Below are positions 57,224 to 64,000 of a DNA stretch of 64,000 nt, one piece after another. The notes under the pieces are model-generated. The model worked only from the letters and a program-made list of their open reading frames with translations. It had not been told where the DNA came from and did not search any database. The stretch is taken from the NCBI GenBank assembly GCA_964360785.1, contig CAYHXX010000001.1:9334-73333 (forward strand), read 5' to 3'. Made by a program: the position numbers and the translations under genes. This DNA is from an uncultured Gammaproteobacteria bacterium. Its GTDB lineage: Bacteria > Patescibacteriota > Microgenomatia > Woykebacterales > RBG-16-39-9b. Within the stretch, counting starts at the first letter, position 1; every line of letters begins with the position of its first letter.

Positions 57224-57601
57224 TCAGTTATAGACCGCTCTGGGGTAACTTGGACACGGACAAATTTGACTCCAGCACCCTGTTCTCTTAATCGTATAGA
57301 CATCAGCCCGAACCTTCTGTCTTGAATGATCCCAAACCTCCCTGTCTAACTTTTCACCCATCGTGAATGAAAACACATGGTTTCCGTTTGGGTCAAATAC
57401 CTCTCCGCCTTGAATTCCAATTGTAATCCTTACTGATTTACCAGTCTTCTCCCTCAGAGCACTAACTACGACCGATCGTCGAGCTTCGAGGGTAAAGCTT
57501 TGATCCGATTCGTTGTGATCCGAACGGATCTCAAATTCGATCGTCTCATTTGGATATGGTATCTCTAGTTTCCCAAAAGGCAGGTCTAGAACTCGCATCA
57601 C
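57224..57601 (-). CDS. Hypothetical protein
   Basis: AAGGAG SD; C-terminal CWSQICPC. Confidence 0.55.
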   Translation of the reverse strand: MMRVLDLPFGKLEIPYPNETIEFEIRSDHNESDQSFTLEARRSVVVSALREKTGKSVRITIGIQGGEVFDPNGNHVFSFTMGEKLDREVWDHSRQKVRADVYTIKRTGCWSQICPCPSYPRAVYN

Positions 57602-57710
57602 GACTCTCCTTCCAAGACAAATTATACTCTAGCTTAGCAAAAAATTGGATTAAGGTTTTAGTTTCTGGATTATTCTGCCGAATAAACTGTGGCGTTTGGT
57701 GCGGCGACGT

Positions 57711-58262
57711 TCAGTTTCCTTCAAGTTTGAAAGTTGAAAGACGGGTGTATTCGGAAGCTCCTTCGATTGGTTTGGATTCAAAGAGGCTGATCTGATCTAC
57801 CACAAACTTTTTTTGCTCTAGCTCAGGTTGGGCCAAAGAGCTTTCTTCAAGAACTATTCCCTGTTTGATTCTCGCTAAAGTTATGTGCGGAATGCGCTCA
57901 GTTCGAGTTTGTTCAGTGATGTACGGTTTCACATTAGAGTAAATTTTTCCAACCAAATCGGAATATTGTTCGCTTGGTGCTAGTTTGGCCCAGATCATGC
58001 TGGCATCCTTCCCAGGCGGAGCCAAGATTACTCTATCATAGTGAAGTTCAAATTGTTTGGTAATACCAGCGATAAGAGAAATTTCTTTTTCGACACTTGG
58101 AATATTTTCCTCTGTAACGTAGCCGAGAAAAGCAACCGTGAGATGAAAATCCTCTTCTCTGGTCCAGGAGACTTGGTTTATAGATAGGGTTTTTTGGTAG
58201 GCGGAAAACCCAACGGCTAGACTTTTAGGGATATCGGCTGCAACAAATAGACGCCTCTTCAT
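57711..58262 (-). CDS. thpR: RNA 2',3'-cyclic phosphodiesterase (2H family)
   Basis: RLFVA, HLTVAFLG, PHITLAR. Confidence 0.92.
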   Translation of the reverse strand: MKRRLFVAADIPKSLAVGFSAYQKTLSINQVSWTREEDFHLTVAFLGYVTEENIPSVEKEISLIAGITKQFELHYDRVILAPPGKDASMIWAKLAPSEQYSDLVGKIYSNVKPYITEQTRTERIPHITLARIKQGIVLEESSLAQPELEQKKFVVDQISLFESKPIEGASEYTRLSTFKLEGN

Positions 58263-58921
58263 TTGCTGGTTGTTTGTTTATTAGGGAACATTCTGGAAAG
58301 ACGCAGGAAGGCTGAGATCGCAAATGTCAGTAAAAAGAAGTACCAAAGCTGATCCAGTATCGTTCCTTTGATATCCGATCCCAGATTTCGAGAATGGATA
58401 AATATCAGAATGAAAACCAAGTAATTTGCTATATGAATGTAACGCCAATACTTTTGTAAAAACTTTGCTTTGCGAAACAAAGCGGCGGAAGCGGCTAAGA
58501 TCAACAAAAAGAGAGCAGTAGTTCCCAATAAAGCAAAGACTCGCAGGTTTTCTGGCAGGAATTTATAGCCGATATAGAGTTGAATCGTGTAAATGAGTGG
58601 AACTGCAGCTGCGTGTGTAACTGCAAATAACAATGCAAAGAGTCCTTGAGTACGGTGAAAGTTTAGGATCTTTGGGAAAACACGGACCAGCAACGCCATG
58701 TTCATACCAATAATTGTCTGTGCCCAGACCAGGGTGAAGGCGTAGAGACCAAAAACTGGGAATATCAACGAAGCAAAAGTTTTGAAGTTGTCCGTTTGGT
58801 AAAAGTCAAAGCCACCTCTTTGGGAAAAGAAAATATAGCCTGGGAGGAAGACGATTACCAAATAGAGCAATAGGATACTCGGTCGCAGCCAAGATTTATT
58901 TATTTCCAGGAAGTTATTCAT
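58259..58921 (-). CDS. Ferric reductase-like (MsrQ-like) heme membrane protein
   Basis: HR..G..A.LFA..H and W..IH..NY.......H His pairs in TM helices. Confidence 0.8.
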   Translation of the reverse strand: MNNFLEINKSWLRPSILLLYLVIVFLPGYIFFSQRGGFDFYQTDNFKTFASLIFPVFGLYAFTLVWAQTIIGMNMALLVRVFPKILNFHRTQGLFALLFAVTHAAAVPLIYTIQLYIGYKFLPENLRVFALLGTTALFLLILAASAALFRKAKFLQKYWRYIHIANYLVFILIFIHSRNLGSDIKGTILDQLWYFFLLTFAISAFLRLSRMFPNKQTTSK

Positions 58922-58944
58922 TCTAGTACCCACTCTACCATACT

Positions 58945-59325
58945 TTAGCCTGCTTTGACCTGGACTAGTTGGAAGTAGTTGCCGTCGAGATCTTCAAAAG
59001 TAGCCACATAGCCGTAACCTTCCATGTGGTATTTGTCCTGAATTTTCTTTACACCAGCTTTGTCTAGGTTTCCTACAGCTTCATCAATGTCATCCACCTC
59101 AAAATTGACAATTATTCTTTGTGGTTCGGTTGCTTTACCTTTTACCTCTGAGTGAGAGTTTATATAAAAAGCACTTTTATCCCCTACCTTCATCTCAAAA
59201 ACACTACTATCTTCCCCCATCTCATATTCCTCCCCAATCTCAACTCCGACTTTCTCAGAGTAAAATTCTGCCAATGCTTTGGCGTTACCAGAACCGATTA
59301 AAACTGCTTCAATACCTTTAATCAT
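58945..59325 (-). CDS. VOC/glyoxalase family protein
   Basis: EFYSEKVG, NFEVDDID, FEDLDGN. Confidence 0.9.
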   Translation of the reverse strand: MIKGIEAVLIGSGNAKALAEFYSEKVGVEIGEEYEMGEDSSVFEMKVGDKSAFYINSHSEVKGKATEPQRIIVNFEVDDIDEAVGNLDKAGVKKIQDKYHMEGYGYVATFEDLDGNYFQLVQVKAG

Positions 59326-59490
59326 TTTAATGTCCTCCAAATTTTAAAAATAATGTTGAAAATTCTAACAATGCCGAATTCTAAAAGCAACACTCAAGCG
59401 GGCCTTTTGGTTAGTAAGATAAGACGTGAGATTAATTTTGCAGTTTGACAAACTAGCCGCAACTACGAAACAATCCTTTTAGGAGGACTT

Positions 59491-59721
59491 ATGCCCAAAT
59501 TTATCTATCATCAGGACGGTGAAAAGAAGAAAATCTTAACTGAAGATATGAAAGGTGAAGAGTCGTTTGCCGGAAGCATGCCGGATATGGAAGATGCCGA
59601 TGACACAACTAAGGCCGAGCACGAGATGGGATTGTATACCCGTGAGGACGAGAACCACCCCAAAGAGTCTGGTTTAGGCGAGGAAGTCGAAAAGGGAGAA
59701 AGAAAGTGGGAAGAAGATTAA
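59491..59721 (+). CDS. Small acidic hypothetical protein
   Basis: AGGAGG SD; D/E-rich, 76 aa. Confidence 0.6.
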   Translation: MPKFIYHQDGEKKKILTEDMKGEESFAGSMPDMEDADDTTKAEHEMGLYTREDENHPKESGLGEEVEKGERKWEED

Positions 59722-59751
59722 AAGACAAAATAAAAAACCAACTCGCACCAA

Positions 59752-60579
59752 CTAGTGGATTCCGAAAAGTATTTTGCTAGCTTCAAATATACCCCAAATA
59801 GCGATCAAGACAAAAGCTATACTACCTGCAAAGGAAATATAAGGATTCTTTACTAGTGTAATTGTTCTACTTGGAGAAATGAATAAGAATGCGTTTAGAA
59901 TTGCGTGTCCAGCAAAGACACCAATTGCAAATCCAAAAACATTTATGATATCGAATAGTGGCACATAACCGGCGAAATCATCCAAACCCAGTATAAATGG
60001 AATGCTGAAAGAAACACTGATCAACGCCCAAAAGTTGAAATTTTTTACTTGACTCAGCCGGTGCGGTATCAGTTTATTTAGAATTGGTCCAAAGATATTG
60101 TTAAATTTGGTCAGTACCACATCTGACTGATCCACAAGGCTGTTAAATGTTTCAGGCAAGTGAACTTGGGAACTTTTAGCATGATCAAGACCGTCTTGAG
60201 CCAATCTGAAAAGTACCAAGGAAGCAATAATTATCATTGCTGCTAGCAGAATATCTACCTCTTTAAAGAAACTCCAAATTATTAAAATTAAGAAAGTACC
60301 AAGGGCGTTACCTAACGCCGTACCTGTTTCGATAGCAATCCGTTTTTTCCAACCAGGGTTGGAATTCATTAGGTTGCCAATAAAGATAGCAAAATCGACT
60401 GAGGTTTTAAGGTAAATCGTCAGTCCAATAATAATATCTTGACTTCGAATCTGCAGAATTATCTTTTCTGAGCTAAAGGTATTTAGAACTCTAATAAGCA
60501 AAAACAAAAGGCTGCTCAGGAATATAAAGATCACTACAGTTAATATGAGTGGTAGAAACTGCTCTTTAAAGAATTTCAT
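59752..60579 (-). CDS. Polytopic membrane protein, possibly CadD/LysE-superfamily cation exporter
   Basis: Repeated acidic TM motifs TSVDF and GLDDFAGYVPLF. Confidence 0.6.
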   Translation of the reverse strand: MKFFKEQFLPLILTVVIFIFLSSLLFLLIRVLNTFSSEKIILQIRSQDIIIGLTIYLKTSVDFAIFIGNLMNSNPGWKKRIAIETGTALGNALGTFLILIIWSFFKEVDILLAAMIIIASLVLFRLAQDGLDHAKSSQVHLPETFNSLVDQSDVVLTKFNNIFGPILNKLIPHRLSQVKNFNFWALISVSFSIPFILGLDDFAGYVPLFDIINVFGFAIGVFAGHAILNAFLFISPSRTITLVKNPYISFAGSIAFVLIAIWGIFEASKILFGIH

Positions 60580-60582
60580 TTT

Positions 60583-61581
60583 TTACTGGAATTTAACCTT
60601 GATTGTGACTTTGTCTTGGTCAGAGCCATCGCTGGTAGCGGCATTGTAGATTTCGATAGTGCCGTTCCCACTTTTTGGTTTGTCAAAGGTTACACTACCA
60701 GAGAATGCTGATCTCTCGGTTCCCGAAGCTGTTTTTAGCGTCGTCTCAGTCAGTGTCTTACCATTACCATCCTTGATCCTGACACTAACCACTCCTTCAA
60801 ACGCTAACGCTTGCCCAGAAATCGCTACGGGGCTGGCAACAGTACTGTCCGGCCAGGGCTCATCCACGATAATGTTTCTTGAGTCTGACCAGGGAGGATT
60901 GACTACTTCATCAATAAACTCCACAGAAGCAAGGAAATCTTCATAAATTTTTGTATCGGCCTCGAAATCCGCATCAGTTGAGTTGAGAGTAAATACATAA
61001 GTGCGGTTGTTGGTTGAGGTAGCGGTGATGATAGCGCGTGGATAGGCAATCAGCGGATCATCTTTTGCTCGTGTGATCACCAGTTGCGTGCCTTTAATTT
61101 TTCCGGCAGTTACCTTGCCGAATTCAAACTTGGAAGAGTTGTTGCTCTGATTGGTAGTTACCAGCTCCTCAGACCTATCAGTAATTGAAATATTTATTAT
61201 ACCGGGAAAATCTCCACTAAAATCTTTGTTTGAAAGACCAACTTCCAAACCGGAAACTTTAATTTCTTTTTCTTTCCACCCGGCTTCAAAACAAGCTTGA
61301 TAACCCTGTTTGTTATTGTTGAGATCTTGTTTCGGCTTACAGCGCTCAGTCAAAACTTTGGCTGATATAGTCGCTTCTTTCTTAGCACCTTCAGTTGTTT
61401 TCTTTGAGTTGGAAGTTTCTTTTTTGTTAATTAAAGATGACACACCAAAGATTAGCAAAGCAGCAACTGCTATCAAGGTTACAAAAAAGAGTATTTTTTG
61501 CCAGAAAGGTCGCGAATGTGGACTAGCTACTTCTACTATTTTGTGTGGTTCATTGTCCAAGTCTGAGGAGAATTCCATCAA
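60583..61581 (-). CDS. Membrane-anchored protein with C-terminal Gmad2-like Ig domain
   Basis: P.P...V.SP..ISG.A.AFEG.V..RI.D.NG. Confidence 0.8.
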   Translation of the reverse strand: MMEFSSDLDNEPHKIVEVASPHSRPFWQKILFFVTLIAVAALLIFGVSSLINKKETSNSKKTTEGAKKEATISAKVLTERCKPKQDLNNNKQGYQACFEAGWKEKEIKVSGLEVGLSNKDFSGDFPGIINISITDRSEELVTTNQSNNSSKFEFGKVTAGKIKGTQLVITRAKDDPLIAYPRAIITATSTNNRTYVFTLNSTDADFEADTKIYEDFLASVEFIDEVVNPPWSDSRNIIVDEPWPDSTVASPVAISGQALAFEGVVSVRIKDGNGKTLTETTLKTASGTERSAFSGSVTFDKPKSGNGTIEIYNAATSDGSDQDKVTIKVKFQ

Positions 61582-61680
61582 TTTTACTCTAATCCAATTG
61601 AGTTTGGCTTGTCAAACAAAACCTACTTTAAGCCTGCTTGTTTGTTGACCAAAACTTTTTAAAATAATATAAATTGTTTA

Positions 61681-61790
61681 AGCAGCTCATCCAAAGCACG
61701 AATTCCAAAGTTCGTATTCTGGATCACATCTGGACATGCAAGGTGGGCTGCTCTACGAAAGCGATCTCGAAAGAGGTCGTTTTCTTTTTT
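61681..61790 (+). ncRNA. Candidate small structured RNA
   Basis: TTGACC(61645)-17 bp-TATAAA promoter; 11-bp closing stem, two inner hairpins, terminator. Confidence 0.55.
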
Positions 61791-61849
61791 GCTTCAAAAA
61801 CGATGAGGACCGGCATTACTGTCGGTCCTGCGATCGTCTCTCGTTTCCT

Positions 61850-62584
61850 CTAAGCAGTTAGGGTGAGCTCGTTGTTCATTGCCCACAGAATCAAAAGGGC
61901 TTTTGGACCTTCTTCGTCTGCGGGAGTTCGAGCGTCCGCCAGGGCGTCTCTCCACAGACCGATGTTCCAAGGTGGGTCGCTGCCGATGACCTTGGACGCG
62001 AGGTACGGGATTGCAGAAACCACCCTATACTTGACCAGTGTCTGGTACTGACGCAGGTCGACGAGAAGAGCGTTGATGTCCTGCTTCAATGAGACGCGGA
62101 CCGGGTCGTTCAAGTGCCAGTTGAAGTCGTAGATCCCTGTTGACCAGGCTGCCAGCCGTTCACAAAACTCAGCAACGTACTGGTCGTAAGGCTTCACGAC
62201 GTAGTTGGCTCCGATCCTAATGGTGGATAGAACACCCAGCCAGGTGTTGAACGCCAGAGCATGGCTGAAGTAGGCGCTGCTGTCGGCATGGAAGGCCCTG
62301 AGTAGGCACTTGCACGCCTCGTGGGCTAAGACCGGTCTTCCCCCGTCCTCCTTTCTGTAAAATTGCGCTACTCGGGTGATGATCCCAAGCAACTGGATTG
62401 CCCGCTCGCACTGGACAGGATCCTCGATTGGCTGCTTCCGGGGGTAGTCCACTTTGGCGGGGTCTGGGCGTAGATCTTGCTCCCCGTTGTAGAGCAGGCC
62501 ACAGATTTCCGGCACGTTGTCGGCCGCAGACAACTTTGTAATCAGGTCGCTAAGCGTCAGATGGGGTTTGACATTGGTGAGCAT
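61850..62584 (-). CDS. Hypothetical helical protein (GC-rich)
   Basis: GGAGG SD before ATG at 62584; terminator near 61800-61835. Confidence 0.7.
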   Translation of the reverse strand: MLTNVKPHLTLSDLITKLSAADNVPEICGLLYNGEQDLRPDPAKVDYPRKQPIEDPVQCERAIQLLGIITRVAQFYRKEDGGRPVLAHEACKCLLRAFHADSSAYFSHALAFNTWLGVLSTIRIGANYVVKPYDQYVAEFCERLAAWSTGIYDFNWHLNDPVRVSLKQDINALLVDLRQYQTLVKYRVVSAIPYLASKVIGSDPPWNIGLWRDALADARTPADEEGPKALLILWAMNNELTLTA

Positions 62585-62718
62585 GGTGTCCTCCAAAAAT
62601 ACCGGTACATGGCCCCGGTCTAGGCCGTTTGGATAGACACACCTTTGGTGATTCTCTCTGTGCTCCTTTCAACCACAGAGTTACCTATATTATAGGATAA
62701 GATGTCAATTGAAGATGT

Positions 62719-63927
62719 TTATTTAAGAATCAAGGCGTTGGGAAGTGAGCGGCCGGGGTCGACTTTATAACCATTGTAGTAAAGTGCGGACGAACCTCCT
62801 CCGTCAAGATTGAGTGCGTGGGTGACTCCGAGAGCAAGCATAATATTTGCTAGATCTGTAACACTTGCCGAACTGGCCACTACCAAATATATAGTACTAC
62901 CTTTCACCGCTACTCCCCCTCGGGCGCCTTTAGTATTCTGGGCACTGGTTAGTTCGTATTGACCAACAATACTTTGGCCGTTCTGGACTAGTCCCGGGAA
63001 ATTAACGATCCCCGCCCGGATACCGCTCAAACCTGAGTAACTATTTGCCTGAGAGTAAAAGTACGCTCCCGAGCTGGTAAAAGCCATCATGGCACGGTTG
63101 GTCCAAAGCATTTTGTCTTCATTGATCCATTTGGAAAGGTTGGAGTTGTAAACTGGCATATCGTAGGAGTTTACCTTACCTGCACAGGATCCGTAATCTG
63201 GAGGGCAAAAATAAGTTCCGTTGATACCGGCAAAACCACCGTTACTACTAACGTAACTCTGTAAACTTTTTGTAGAGCAGTTGTCAGAACAATTTTCGGA
63301 ATTTCCCGTGTCAGTTCGTACCGAGCTCACACTTCCAGCCACTACATAGACTGTGAAACTCCCGCCGTTGGCAGTTTTAATCGTTGTCTTACAATAGCCA
63401 GAAGATGGAATACTGCTGCAGGTTGAAGAAGAAGTTGAAGTCGTAGTTTTTTTGGCGGCGTCCGCTGCTTGCTTGGCTTTTAATGCGGTCTCAAGATCAA
63501 TATCGAGTTTAGAAAGAAGGGCGTCAGCGTCGTTATATTTTTTGGCAAGCAGTTGATCTACGACAGTTGGGAACTGGGCGTCAACCGCAGTTGTGTCCAC
63601 TCCGGAGGCTTTGTAACTGGTACTTTTGTCTTTAACCAGCAGATACTTGTCCAAAGTGTTATTCGCAAGTGTTAGTTGGGCCCGGGTGTCTTCGTTGCGC
63701 AAAATATCGTTTTCTTTAAGGACACTTTTTATCTGAGCTGAAAGGGACGCAATTTGAGCTTCCTTACTCGAGAGGGTTTTGCTATTTCTTGCTGAGTCCT
63801 GACTTGTCCGGGTCAAGAAATAAAGTGAAAGCAAGCTGAGTGCTACCAACAACGCACCGAGAACAATGGCAATTCTCTTGTTTGTCAAAATACTTCGTAC
63901 AGGAATGTTTGGAAGTGAGAACTTCAT
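62719..63927 (-). CDS. Membrane-anchored phosphodiester glycosidase (NAGPA) domain protein
   Basis: TM helix, coiled coil, AGINGTYF, ALNLDGGGSS, R.LPNAL. Confidence 0.88.
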   Translation of the reverse strand: MKFSLPNIPVRSILTNKRIAIVLGALLVALSLLSLYFLTRTSQDSARNSKTLSSKEAQIASLSAQIKSVLKENDILRNEDTRAQLTLANNTLDKYLLVKDKSTSYKASGVDTTAVDAQFPTVVDQLLAKKYNDADALLSKLDIDLETALKAKQAADAAKKTTTSTSSSTCSSIPSSGYCKTTIKTANGGSFTVYVVAGSVSSVRTDTGNSENCSDNCSTKSLQSYVSSNGGFAGINGTYFCPPDYGSCAGKVNSYDMPVYNSNLSKWINEDKMLWTNRAMMAFTSSGAYFYSQANSYSGLSGIRAGIVNFPGLVQNGQSIVGQYELTSAQNTKGARGGVAVKGSTIYLVVASSASVTDLANIMLALGVTHALNLDGGGSSALYYNGYKVDPGRSLPNALILK

Positions 63928-64000
63928 AAAACTAATCAGTTTTTTCTGGCTTGCTCAAGTGATGGTTTGAGTTTTCCTTGACACGCATTTGGTCAAGGTC

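Noticed and set aside
1-64000. Alternative genetic code (TGA as Gly)
   Set aside because: dnaB and other conserved genes end at TGA at the expected length and read through intact in code 11.
63932-64000. 3' end of a - strand gene entering from the right edge
   Set aside because: Only 22 codons are visible, too few to support a call.

Overview
A gene-dense bacterial chromosome segment in standard genetic code 11 (TGA is used as a stop). Gene content suggests a reduced-genome Patescibacteria/CPR, probably Microgenomates-like, organism; this is inference. Supporting signs are a membrane-anchored VirB4/VirD4-like ATPase, a membrane-anchored Clp ATPase, apparently leaderless housekeeping genes and short GC palindromes inserted in genes. 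From 1 to 23 kb lie mostly + strand housekeeping genes (dnaB, tRNA-Leu, efp, two peptidases, lgt, RluA-family synthase, yebC, ruvC). From 25 to 64 kb lie mostly - strand accessory genes, including metal and ion transporters and about 20 stand-alone, often GC-rich orphan units (promoter, strong SD, ORF, terminator). The orientation switch falls in a ~1.4 kb gene-free gap holding a near-palindromic 28-bp dif-like site (24380-24407), so the window probably spans the replication terminus. The most unusual signals are non-coding: a dispersed structured repeat with compensatory changes and nested mini-palindromes (26.8 and 38.7-39.0 kb), two long structured transcripts sharing 5' motifs (23.2 and 52.5 kb) and four promoter-to-terminator small RNA candidates. 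No CRISPR array, rRNA, integrase or transposase was recognised. All calls come from motif recognition and hand folding, with no database searches.
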